Shown: positions 19,878-31,384 of the stretch, piece by piece
Position numbering within the stretch: the stretch's first letter is position 1
How the letters are laid out: each line of letters opens with the position of its first letter
NCBI GenBank assembly: GCA_020844795.1
Contig: CP086218.1
Span: 788,622-847,478 of the forward strand
Origin: Methanothrix sp.
GTDB lineage: Archaea; Halobacteriota; Methanosarcinia; Methanotrichales; Methanotrichaceae
Direction of reading: 5' to 3'
DNA: 58,857 bases
Notes under the pieces: model-generated
Told to the model about the DNA's origin: nothing
The model's database searches: none
The model's input: only the letters and a program-made list of their open reading frames with translations
Made by a program: the position numbers and the translations under genes

Positions 19878-20450
19878 CTACCCGACGCCCTCCAGGGCCT
19901 CTTGGACCAACAGCTGAAGTAACACCGCTATGTCCTCCGTGGTGAAGATACGGGAAAGACTCCGGTCGAATAGGATGGTGGCTTGGGACGGTATCTCCTC
20001 ATCACCTTCCCAGAATACGATTCTGACGACCACCTCGGGGAAGGGGGCGATCTCCACGGAAGCGTCGCCCCATTCTACAGTTCTGCCGCCGAACCGATGG
20101 AGCAGGTTTCGTATCACTTCCTCGGGGTTTCGGTCAAAGCCTCCGACCAGTGGTTTGATGACGGTCTCCTCGAAGGCGGGGAGAAAGGATATCCCTCCTT
20201 CGATCTCTCGAAACGAGATCCATTCCTCCTTCTCGACGGGCCTCTCCTTCCGGATGCCGATGAGGTAGTGGAGGACGAGGAGGGAGACGTCGTCTCTGAG
20301 GGGAACGCCTAGGTCTGAAGATATCGTTCTCTCTTTCGGGTTCACCAGATAGACTTCGGTAAGAAAGGGGACGGCTGCTTGAAAGGCCGAGGGCGCCTCT
20401 TCCAGGGCTTTCCATGCCCTCTCCGTGGCGATCTCGTATCCCATGAACAT
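19878..20450 (-). CDS. DUF3786-like protein
   Basis: LVLHYL, WISFREI.GG and WEGDEEIP..ATILFD...EDI motifs. Confidence 0.8.
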   Translation of the reverse strand: MFMGYEIATERAWKALEEAPSAFQAAVPFLTEVYLVNPKERTISSDLGVPLRDDVSLLVLHYLIGIRKERPVEKEEWISFREIEGGISFLPAFEETVIKPLVGGFDRNPEEVIRNLLHRFGGRTVEWGDASVEIAPFPEVVVRIVFWEGDEEIPSQATILFDRSLSRIFTTEDIAVLLQLLVQEALEGVG

Positions 20451-20486
20451 ACACCGGTCTATCCCGCTTCAAGGTCGTCTCGCCCC

Positions 20487-20957
20487 TCATGGGACCTCTC
20501 TTCCCCTGGCCGGATCATGGGCTGGATCTCCCCCGACCTCAAGCCATCTCTCCCCCGCGGGACCCACCTCCTTCTTCCATATAGGAGCCCTCCTCTTCAA
20601 CTCCTCGAGGATGTATCTGCATCCATCGAAGGCCTCTCTCCTATGAGCTGCAGAGCAGGCGACGATGACGATCTCATCCCCGATACGGAGGCGACCAGAG
20701 CGGTGGATCACGACGGCCTCCAGGAGCCCGAACCTCGCCAGCGCCTCCTCTCTGATGGCCAGAAGCTCCTCCTCGGCCGCCTCTTTATAAGTCTCGAGAT
20801 GGAGGCTGTCTATGCCGTCGTCCCTGACGGTCCCGATGAAGGCGACGACAGCCCCCGCATCATCTCTTTTGACGGCCTCGATCGCCTCATCCATCGAGAA
20901 CCCCTCCTCGGCGATCAGGATCTTCCGTCCGGGAGGAGAGGGGCCCTCGCCGGTCAT
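20487..20957 (-). CDS. moaE: Molybdopterin synthase catalytic subunit MoaE
   Basis: True start MTGEG at 20957; GAVVAFIGTVR, HRSGRL..G, HRREAF and LK..APIWKKE motifs. Confidence 0.9.
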   Translation of the reverse strand: MTGEGPSPPGRKILIAEEGFSMDEAIEAVKRDDAGAVVAFIGTVRDDGIDSLHLETYKEAAEEELLAIREEALARFGLLEAVVIHRSGRLRIGDEIVIVACSAAHRREAFDGCRYILEELKRRAPIWKKEVGPAGERWLEVGGDPAHDPARGREVP

Positions 20958-21232
20958 CCTCCCGCCACCGGTGGGAGGATCGCCACCTCGTCCCCCTCTT
21001 CCAGGACCGTTGCCAGCCCCTCCAGGGAGTCGATCCGCTCTCGGTTCTTCATGATTATGACGTACTCCCTCAACCGGCCGTCCTCCTCGAAGATGGCGGG
21101 GCCGAGCCCCTGGTGGGATGAAACGAGGATCTCCAGGAGATCTCCCACCGTCGATCCCTCTCCCACCTCCAGATCCGCCTCCTTTCCCAGGATCTCCCTG
21201 AAGCTGGCGAAGGCCCTTATATGAACCAACAT
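20954..21232 (-). CDS. moaD: Ubiquitin-like sulfur carrier MoaD/SAMP1
   Basis: Beta-grasp pattern with C-terminal GDEVAILPPVAGG. Confidence 0.92.
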   Translation of the reverse strand: MLVHIRAFASFREILGKEADLEVGEGSTVGDLLEILVSSHQGLGPAIFEEDGRLREYVIIMKNRERIDSLEGLATVLEEGDEVAILPPVAGG

Positions 21233-21265
21233 CTTTCTCCTCCAAGATATCCGCTATGACGACTG

Positions 21266-24051
<2,786 letters not shown>

Positions 24052-25425
24052 TCAGCTGATCTTCAAACCATATCCTTCGGCGATCTCCAGAAACGACCCT
24101 GCCGTGTAGTCCACCTGTTCTGAAGTGAGGCCGTAGGTGTTCAGCTTCCATACCCTGGTGGCGCCGGCAAATTCGCCAATGATCCCCCTCTCCTTCAGCT
24201 CGTCGCTGAGGAAGTAGCCGCGCCTCTTGTGGTTCTTTGCCACCCTGTCGAAAGACTCGGTGGTGTCGACCTTGGAGAGGGTGTGCCTCCTGGGAAGCTC
24301 GCTCAATACCCTCGTCCCCTCGATCCGGGAGAGCTCCCTTAGGAATCGGTTCGACTTTGCCACCTCCTCCTCCCAGGCCGCCGTCCTCGCCTTCACCCTG
24401 GGAAAGGAGGCGATCATGGAGATGAGGGTCCCCCCCATGAGGGTGCACCCCATATTCTCCACCTCCTTGATCCCGAACCTCCTTCCGGTGACGTCGCCGG
24501 TCATCTCCGTAGTCCGAAATACCCTCTCGGCCCACTCCTCGGTGGTGGCGAGGACCCCGGAGGGGGCCACCGCGGCCATGCTCTTGTGGCCTGAGCCTAC
24601 GACGAAGTCCGCTCCGATCTCTTTGCCGTCGACGGGCATCACCCCCACGGTGTAGGCTCCGTTGTAGAGGAAGAGTACGCCGTAATCTTTTGCCACCTTC
24701 CCGATGCCGCGGACGTCGTGCTCGTTTCCGAACTGGTAGTCGAAGTGGTCGATCATCATCAGTTTGGGAAGGGACCCCGTCTCAGCCTTTACCTTCTCGA
24801 TCTTCTCGGCCACGGCCTCGGCGGTCACCTTGTTTTCCTCGTCGAGGGGCACCTCCCGGACTATCCCTCCCGCGACCTCGACGGCGAGAAACTCGGTGTA
24901 GTGGGCTAGAGACGATACGATGACAAAGTCCCCCTTCTCCAGGAGGGACTGGGTCACCGCCTGAAAGCCCCGCCTCGCTCCCGGGACGACCCTGGCCACG
25001 TCCATGGAGAGAAACTCCGCCAGCTCCTGGTGGAACGCCTCCACGGGAGGGCGGCCGATCTTGTCGAGGCGGAAGGGCTTTCGGCAGTGGTCGCAGGTGG
25101 AGTAGCCATCTCCGTAGGATATGATCGCCTTGCGGGCCTCGGGGGTGAGCCTGCCTGCCGCCTGGATCGGGTTGATGTTTATGTAATCCTCTTCGCGGCT
25201 ACGAACCTCTATCCCGTCGCAGACCCGCCCCGAGGGCGCCTCGCCGCCGCCATCCTCGATCTCGTCTACGATCCCCCGGACCCTCGCCAGAGCCTCCGAA
25301 AACTCCCTCTCCTCGCCTTCGTCGAGGCCGGTGGGGAGGGACCGTCTGAAGATATCCCTGACGTCTTCCAGGGCGAAGAGGGCCTCGTAAGTCTTCTGTA
25401 TCCTGGTCCTTCTCGAAACGTTCAT
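24052..25425 (-). CDS. pscS: O-phosphoseryl-tRNA:Cys-tRNA synthase (SepCysS) with an N-terminal extension of about 65 aa
   Basis: INPIQAAGRL, GDGYSTCDHC, GSGHKS (PLP Lys), GCT and KLNTYGL motifs. Confidence 0.93.
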   Translation of the reverse strand: MNVSRRTRIQKTYEALFALEDVRDIFRRSLPTGLDEGEEREFSEALARVRGIVDEIEDGGGEAPSGRVCDGIEVRSREEDYININPIQAAGRLTPEARKAIISYGDGYSTCDHCRKPFRLDKIGRPPVEAFHQELAEFLSMDVARVVPGARRGFQAVTQSLLEKGDFVIVSSLAHYTEFLAVEVAGGIVREVPLDEENKVTAEAVAEKIEKVKAETGSLPKLMMIDHFDYQFGNEHDVRGIGKVAKDYGVLFLYNGAYTVGVMPVDGKEIGADFVVGSGHKSMAAVAPSGVLATTEEWAERVFRTTEMTGDVTGRRFGIKEVENMGCTLMGGTLISMIASFPRVKARTAAWEEEVAKSNRFLRELSRIEGTRVLSELPRRHTLSKVDTTESFDRVAKNHKRRGYFLSDELKERGIIGEFAGATRVWKLNTYGLTSEQVDYTAGSFLEIAEGYGLKIS

Positions 25426-25519
25426 CTCGTCTTCCTCTCAAGCCGAGGGTGAGAATCGAACTCACGTAGATCCGGTCTGCAGCCGAATGCATAGCCACTC
25501 TGCCACCTCGGCCCTGAGT

Positions 25520-25552
25520 TCACAATCGTGAACACGGCGTTAACGATTGTTA
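25520..25552. promoter_or_regulatory. Tandem operators TCACAATCGTGA (25520-25531) and TAACGATTGTTA (25541-25552) upstream of the pscS-metY-metX-moaDE operon
   Basis: Two sites 21 bp apart, immediately downstream of minus-strand TATA CTTTATATA (25555-25563). Confidence 0.8.
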
Positions 25553-25619
25553 TCTATATAAAGCTTGTGATCCCGTCGACCGTGGGATAGGGGACGGTCT
25601 GGGAAGCCCTTTCTTGGTA

Positions 25620-26675
25620 TCATCCCGACGGATCCGTCACCGACTCGAAGAATACCGGCCAGAAGGGGTCCTGCTCCGGGATCTCCAGGGGGACGGTCCT
25701 ACCGTCCGACCTCTTAATCACCCTCTCCTCCTGATCGGCGGTGACGGTCCCCACCACCGAGGCCCTTATTCCAGCAGAATGAAGCCTTCCGATGATCTCT
25801 TCCGAAGAACCCGGCTTAGCCGTGATGATGAGGGAGCCCTCGGCGATGGCGGCCACCGGATCTATACCGAAGAATTCGCAGACCATCTTCACCTCCTCAG
25901 GGTAGATGAAGGTGGCCTCGTCGACGACCATCCCGACACCGCTGGCGTTCGCCACCTCGAAGAGCCCCCCGATGACCCCGCCCTCGGTGGCGTCGTGCAT
26001 CGATGTGACACCCCCCGCCTCCACCGCCACCAGGGCGTCCTTCACCACCGTCATCTCCCTCGTCAGGGCCTTCGCCCTCTCTACGAGCTCCGGCGGATGG
26101 ATCTTCAGGAGGTCCTCCTCCCTCACCGTCGCCAGGATCCCCGCCGCCTCTATCGCCGGCCCCTTGGTGAGGATTACATCGTCTCCGGGCCTCGCCCCCC
26201 TGGGGGTGACATATCCGTCCTTATCCGCCACCGCGAAGACGGTGACCCCTCCGATGAGGGGGGCGGCGAGCCCCGGATAGCGGCCGGTATGCCCCCCGAC
26301 TATAGCGATGCCCAGCTCCAGGGCCGCCTCGTGGATGGCGTCTATTATCGTCTCGAGGTCGGCGTCTGAGGTCTTGGGGGGGAGGAGGAGGGTGTATGTC
26401 ATGTACCTCGGCTTCACCCCCATCACCGCCACGTCGCTGGCGCCTATGTGGACCGTATACCAGCCGAAGATCTCCAGGGGCTGGCCCGGGATCGCGAGGA
26501 TCGGGTCCTCGGCGACGATCAGGACCTTTCCATCCCCCAGGTCCACCACCCCCGCATCGACCCCGGTGAAGGGGGGGACTATCACCGAGCCGTTGGGGGC
26601 CCCGAGCCTGGACAGAACGGTGGCGGAGAAGGTCTCCAGGTCGATCTTACCTATCCTCGGCTCAGGGGGAGGCAT
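25620..26675 (-). CDS. AIR synthase-related (HypE/PurM-like) protein
   Basis: GVDAG, EDP, ASDVAVMG, IVGGHT and MHDATEGG motifs. Confidence 0.85.
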   Translation of the reverse strand: MPPPEPRIGKIDLETFSATVLSRLGAPNGSVIVPPFTGVDAGVVDLGDGKVLIVAEDPILAIPGQPLEIFGWYTVHIGASDVAVMGVKPRYMTYTLLLPPKTSDADLETIIDAIHEAALELGIAIVGGHTGRYPGLAAPLIGGVTVFAVADKDGYVTPRGARPGDDVILTKGPAIEAAGILATVREEDLLKIHPPELVERAKALTREMTVVKDALVAVEAGGVTSMHDATEGGVIGGLFEVANASGVGMVVDEATFIYPEEVKMVCEFFGIDPVAAIAEGSLIITAKPGSSEEIIGRLHSAGIRASVVGTVTADQEERVIKRSDGRTVPLEIPEQDPFWPVFFESVTDPSG

Positions 26676-27249
26676 GATAGGACCTCGCGATCTCGCAGAC
26701 CTCTCCTGCCACCTCCAGGGGGTCTCTCCCGATGAGGACCGTCACCGGCTCTTTTCCCACCGCCCCGGTCTCGTAGAATAGCTTGGGGATGCGGCCCCCG
26801 GCAGCCTCTATCGCCTCCGAGACCTTCCAGGGCATGGAGCCGCCCTCCCTCTCTTTAATCTCGTCCGGCTCCTTCCTCCTGTCGATGACGCTATAGGTCC
26901 AGCCCTTCTCCCCGGCGTACCCCTCCAGCCAGAGGGCGAGCCCTGGGTCGCTGGCGAAGTTCACCCCGGCCCGATAGGCCGGGTCCCTCTTCATGACCTC
27001 TATGATAAGCCTCGCCATATGGCTGGAGGCTCCAAACCGGAGCCTTCCGGCGGCGTGGGGCATCCCCCTCACCACCGTGATCCTCCCGTCCACCGCCAGG
27101 ACGTCCTCCGGCGACCCCGGATTCGGCCTCGCGTAGACTAGGTTGGTCCTCACCTCAGGGATCAGGGGCGAAAACTCCCTGCAGCCCTCGATCTCCTCGA
27201 GGGCGAGGAGGAAATTCCCGTACATCACTATCTCCTCATTGAAAGCCAT
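26662..27249 (-). CDS. thiN: Stand-alone ThiN-type thiamine-phosphate synthase domain protein
   Basis: LIPEVRTN, VLAVDGRI, FGASSHMAR, DR.KEP and G..GKEP motifs. Confidence 0.8.
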   Translation of the reverse strand: MAFNEEIVMYGNFLLALEEIEGCREFSPLIPEVRTNLVYARPNPGSPEDVLAVDGRITVVRGMPHAAGRLRFGASSHMARLIIEVMKRDPAYRAGVNFASDPGLALWLEGYAGEKGWTYSVIDRRKEPDEIKEREGGSMPWKVSEAIEAAGGRIPKLFYETGAVGKEPVTVLIGRDPLEVAGEVCEIARSYHASP

Positions 27250-27341
27250 AATACTTCACCGAGATGTGCCATCGAATTTGAAAGATCGAAAAAATGGACG
27301 CCTCTGGGGATCCAGTGGCCAGTTGGAATCGGTTATCAAGT

Positions 27342-27596
27342 TTAGGCTGAAGCGGCACCGGCTGAGCAGCTGCATCCAACACAACTGCAGTCAACGCAGT
27401 TACACTGGCTGCAATCACATGTGCCACAGAAGCAGTCCCCACAGTAGCACGGGCTGCAGTTGCATCCAACACAATCGCAGTCGGAGCAATCTGCGGGATT
27501 CTGGCAGCTGCATCCATTTCCGCAGGAGCCTAGGGCTCCGAGGGGGAGCAGCACAAGAATGAGGGCTCCCGCCAACATTAGTCTGATTCGGTTCAT
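27342..27596 (-). CDS. Secreted/lipoprotein-like cysteine-rich peptide (20 Cys, metallothionein-like composition)
   Basis: Basic N-terminus and hydrophobic core (MNRIRLMLAGALILVLLPLGALGS-C), eight CxCxx pentads, purine-rich RBS-like AGGGG and a TATA box upstream. Confidence 0.75.
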   Translation of the reverse strand: MNRIRLMLAGALILVLLPLGALGSCGNGCSCQNPADCSDCDCVGCNCSPCYCGDCFCGTCDCSQCNCVDCSCVGCSCSAGAASA

Positions 27597-27628
27597 TCAA
27601 CTAACCCCTTGTTATCGTGGCTCGCGAT

Positions 27629-27664
27629 TCACAATCGCAAACCACTGGGGAGTAACAATTGTTA
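27629..27664. promoter_or_regulatory. Operators TCACAATCGCAA (27629-27640) and TAACAATTGTTA (27653-27664) upstream of the Cys-rich peptide
   Basis: The perfect palindrome abuts a minus-strand TATA-like element (27665-27673). Confidence 0.78.
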
Positions 27665-27798
27665 ATATATAGAGCTTTTGGTTAGAGCTTTTGGTCTCTC
27701 CCACAGACTGTAAAGTCCCGAAACCTTTGACCTACTTTGACCTATTGTCCTTGCCCATACCGCAACATTTATATCTTCAGATCCCTCAAAAGCCCCAT

Positions 27799-27810
27799 TC
27801 ACAATCGTGA
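27799..27810. promoter_or_regulatory. Operator TCACAATCGTGA upstream of the OB-fold/ABC operon
   Basis: About 24 nt downstream of TATA-like TTTATATC (27768-27775), near the expected transcription start. Confidence 0.75.
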
Positions 27811-27971
27811 ATCAAGTCGAAGCCGGGGCCTAATCCATCTTCGGGGGTTGAAAGGGGAGGTCCTGCGGCGGTGGGTTGAAGAGAGATCCAGACTTGGAGA
27901 GACCCTCTGGAGTTCTGATCCCCGATCTGCGAGCCACCCCCGAGCTGCGGGATCGCAAACGAGGTGATAGG

Positions 27972-28361
27972 ATGAGATACCTAAGAAAGCCGATAAAGGC
28001 TGTTGTTTCGATTGGTCTTTTGATGCTGGCAGCCCTCGCCTGCCTGGGGGCAGCTGCAGACCCGGAAGAGCTGGAAGGCGAAGTCGTGGAGATCCAGGAT
28101 ATAATAGAAGACCCGTCCTCCTTTGAGGGGAAGATGGTGGTTATTCAGGGCAGGATCGAGAGGATATGCCCGGCAGGATGCTGGTTTATCATAGACGATA
28201 AGACGGGAAACCTCTTCGTCGACCTCTTCCCGAACGACTTCGTCCTCCCTCAGAATAAGAGGGGATCAGAGGCCGTCGTTTACGGCAAGGTCTCGATAAG
28301 GGACGGCGACCCATACATGATCGGCGAGATCGTCAAGATCGGGAAGGAGATCTATCGATGA
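27972..28361 (+). CDS. Secreted OB-fold-like protein with a CxxGCW motif
   Basis: GAGGTGA RBS before ATG 27972; signal peptide; GKMVVIQG.I..ICPAGCWF.IDD.TG. Confidence 0.7.
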   Translation: MRYLRKPIKAVVSIGLLMLAALACLGAAADPEELEGEVVEIQDIIEDPSSFEGKMVVIQGRIERICPAGCWFIIDDKTGNLFVDLFPNDFVLPQNKRGSEAVVYGKVSIRDGDPYMIGEIVKIGKEIYR

Positions 28362-29545
28362 ACTTCATCACCCTGGCCGTGAAGAACCTGATGAGACGGA
28401 AAGGAAGGACGGGGCTGACCATCCTCGGCGTCGCGATAGCCATATCGGTCCTCTTCAGCCTCATCGCCCTGAACACCGGCTATGAGATCGAGCTCAACCG
28501 GGAGATGGACAGCTTCGGAGCCCACATCCTGGCGGTGCCGAAGGGCTGCCCCTACGAGGCCGCATCCCTGATGATCCACGGCGGGGTGATACCCAAGTAC
28601 CTTAACATCTCCGACCTCGAGGCGGTCAGAAGTATCGATGGGGTCGAGGTGGCGTCCCCCCTCCTGATGTACCAGTTCTACAAGAGGGACGAGGCGACCG
28701 GCCAGAACAACCCTCACATCGTCTACGGGATCAAGATCGACGATATGAGAGAGATCAAGCCCTGGTGGAAGGTGGAGGGGAGGTTCTTCGAAGACGACGA
28801 GAAGAAGGTCAAGGTGGTGGGTAGAGAGCTCGCCGAGAAGGAGAACCTGACCGTCGGCCAGGTGATGCCCTTCGGCCCCCACCGGGAGGAGTTCACCGTC
28901 GTCGGCATCCTGGAGCGTACCGGCGACCAGGACGACCTCCTCCACTTCCTCCCCCTGGAGGAGGCCCAGAGGCTTTCGAATAAGGAGGGGAAGATCACGA
29001 CGATATCCGTCAAGGTCGGCGACCTCGGCAGGGTCGGGGCCGTGGCCGTGGAGATGGAGAAGATCCCCGACATCCAGGCGGTGACGATGACCCAGATCAT
29101 GGGTACGATAACGAACCTCACCGGCTCGGCCAGGTCTCTACTGATGACGGTCATATCGATAGCCATGGTGATAAGCGCCTTCGGGATCCTCAACACCCTC
29201 CTGATGTCGGTGAACGAGAGGACCCGGGAGTTCGGGATGCTCAAGGCGATAGGAGCCTCGGGGCTTGACATAGGCAAGATGATCATGGCCGAGACCCTGA
29301 TCATCACCGCCCTGGGCGGCCTTTTAGGGACCGTCATGGCGGTGGCCGGATCGACGATCATCGAGGGTTTCGTCAAGGGGATGCTCCCCTACGCCCCTCT
29401 GGGAAGCTTCATCCACATAACCCCGGAGCTCGTCGCCTTCAGCCTCGTCTTCTCTGTGGGCCTCGGCATCGTATGCGGTATATACCCCGCCTTCAAGTCA
29501 TCGCAGCTTACTCCTATGGAGGCGATCAGGGGGGGTCTTGAATGA
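28358..29545 (+). CDS. ABC transporter permease, FtsX/MacB family
   Basis: NL.RRKGRT.LT.LGV, a large extracytoplasmic loop, SVNERTREFGMLKAIGA and PMEAIR motifs. Confidence 0.92.
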   Translation: MNFITLAVKNLMRRKGRTGLTILGVAIAISVLFSLIALNTGYEIELNREMDSFGAHILAVPKGCPYEAASLMIHGGVIPKYLNISDLEAVRSIDGVEVASPLLMYQFYKRDEATGQNNPHIVYGIKIDDMREIKPWWKVEGRFFEDDEKKVKVVGRELAEKENLTVGQVMPFGPHREEFTVVGILERTGDQDDLLHFLPLEEAQRLSNKEGKITTISVKVGDLGRVGAVAVEMEKIPDIQAVTMTQIMGTITNLTGSARSLLMTVISIAMVISAFGILNTLLMSVNERTREFGMLKAIGASGLDIGKMIMAETLIITALGGLLGTVMAVAGSTIIEGFVKGMLPYAPLGSFIHITPELVAFSLVFSVGLGIVCGIYPAFKSSQLTPMEAIRGGLE

Positions 29546-30249
29546 CGGCGATATTGGAGGCCAGTGGCCTCACCAAGATCTACAGGCGAGGGCGGGAGGA
29601 GATCCGCGCCCTGAAGGAGGTTGACTTCAGGGTGGATGAGGGGGAGTTCGTCTCCATCATCGGCCCCTCCGGCTCCGGAAAGACCGCCCTTCTCAACGTC
29701 ATCGGATGCCTCGACACCCCCTCCAAAGGGAGGGTGATCCTGGACGGGACCGAGACGACGAAGATGAAAGAGCGGGGTCTGGTGAGGCTCCGCCGGGAGA
29801 AGATCGGCTTCGTCTTCCAGCAGTTCTACCTTATACCGACCCTCACGGCCCGGGAGAACATAGAGCTTCCCCTCCTCTTCAGCCGCAAGGGCGAAAGGGG
29901 ACGGATCGAGGAGATCCTGGATATGGTGGGGCTTTCAGATCGGGGCGACCACCTCCCCGGCCAGCTCTCCGGGGGCGAGATGCAGAGGGTCGCCATCGGC
30001 CGGGCCCTCATCAACGATCCCAAGATCATCCTCGCCGACGAGCCGACGGGAAACCTCGACTCGGCGACATCAAGGATGATCTTCGAGCTCTTCAGGGATT
30101 TGAACAGGAGCGGTCTTACCCTGGTGATAGTCACCCACAACCTGGATCTTGCAAATCAGGCTGATAAGATGTACACTCTCCGGGACGGCCAGATGGTCGG
30201 ATGTGAAATGCTGGCCGTTCCAGGAAACGGCGCTGACGGGAGCGGATGA
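29542..30249 (+). CDS. ABC transporter ATP-binding protein, LolD/MacB family
   Basis: GPSGSGKT, LSGGEMQRVAI, ADEPTGNLD and VTHN motifs. Confidence 0.94.
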   Translation: MTAILEASGLTKIYRRGREEIRALKEVDFRVDEGEFVSIIGPSGSGKTALLNVIGCLDTPSKGRVILDGTETTKMKERGLVRLRREKIGFVFQQFYLIPTLTARENIELPLLFSRKGERGRIEEILDMVGLSDRGDHLPGQLSGGEMQRVAIGRALINDPKIILADEPTGNLDSATSRMIFELFRDLNRSGLTLVIVTHNLDLANQADKMYTLRDGQMVGCEMLAVPGNGADGSG

Positions 30250-30360
30250 GTTCGATCGTTCTATCAGCCGGGGCGTTTGGGAGACGGTCCCGCGCTCCGG
30301 AGACAAATTTATCAGGATGCCTTCGATGATACCGATAAACTCTTGCAGAGGTGAAAGATT

Positions 30361-31242
30361 ATGAGATCTGAGGAAAGGGATATTTCGATCCCAGCTTCGG
30401 CTTTGATGATATTGGTGGTCGCAAGTCTCGGGACAAATACCGCCGCCGCAGCTCCATACTGCTGCACCGTCGGAGATTACAGCGGATGGTCTGGAGCAGA
30501 TTTTCTCAAAGATACACCGCCCATAAGCCCAGTCTCCGGCAGCATATCCTCCCCAGCCACCCAGGCGGCGGAGTTTGCTATCTCCGAGGAGTCTGTGGAG
30601 GCTTCGAAGGTGGTTCTGAATGTCTTCATCGATCCAGAGAGCCTGATACCGGGAGCGGTCCAGATCGATTACCGCTACCTTCTGGACGGTTCCGGGATGC
30701 CCGGATCGATCTCCGAGCTATCGGAGATACTGGGGGACGCCGGATTATCCCGAGACGACTCGGTGGTCGTATATAGCGAAGACCCCTTTGTCGCTACCTT
30801 CGTCTATCTGATCCTCGATTACCTCGGTCAGGAGAGGATCGAGGTTCTGGAGGATGCCACCGAGATCAAAGAGAGCGAGCCTTCGGCCAAGTCCCCGACG
30901 GATTACATATCAGCGCCCAGAACGGATCTGATCGTGAATCCTGAATTGTTTGATGGTGATGCGACCCAGGTGGTGGATGCGAGGCCGTCGGAGGAGCAGT
31001 CGGCCGAATCCCTGCCGGGATCCAGGAAGATCCCCTACGACGCGGTCCTGACGGATGGAAGGATCAAAGGCAATGCCGAGCTGGCCGATCTATTCTTGGA
31101 AATTGAGAGAGACGAGCCGGTGGTCGTATATTCAGATGACGCCTTTCACGCATCGGCGGTCTGGTACGCTCTGAAGCGGGAGGGGTACAATCCCAGGATC
31201 TTCGCAGGAGACGACTGGTCCACAAACCTGGTAAATAATTAG
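30361..31242 (+). CDS. Secreted tandem rhodanese-like protein lacking active-site Cys
   Basis: Signal peptide and two rhodanese-like domains (IPGAV..VVVYSED; VVDARP..LPGS..VVVYSDD) with Ser at the usual Cys position. Confidence 0.75.
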   Translation: MRSEERDISIPASALMILVVASLGTNTAAAAPYCCTVGDYSGWSGADFLKDTPPISPVSGSISSPATQAAEFAISEESVEASKVVLNVFIDPESLIPGAVQIDYRYLLDGSGMPGSISELSEILGDAGLSRDDSVVVYSEDPFVATFVYLILDYLGQERIEVLEDATEIKESEPSAKSPTDYISAPRTDLIVNPELFDGDATQVVDARPSEEQSAESLPGSRKIPYDAVLTDGRIKGNAELADLFLEIERDEPVVVYSDDAFHASAVWYALKREGYNPRIFAGDDWSTNLVNN

Positions 31243-31384
31243 GATCCGCGCAGGATCGCAAAGAAAAGAACTGCCCTGGAGAGGGGACGGTCGCCCCGCC
31301 GGTCGCCCCCCCATCCGGATAATTTTTATAAGCCCCCATATCAGAGGCCGAAATCATATTTTTACTTTCTTTACCGCATCGAAG

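Noticed and set aside
20958-21245. Apparent N-terminal extension of MoaE in the ORF track
   Set aside because: It overlaps moaD in another frame; the real start is 20957, coupled to the moaD stop.
25620-26675. Selenophosphate synthetase SelD or selenocysteine system
   Set aside because: It lacks the N-terminal Cys/Sec-x-x-Lys motif, and I saw no in-frame TGA or SECIS candidate.
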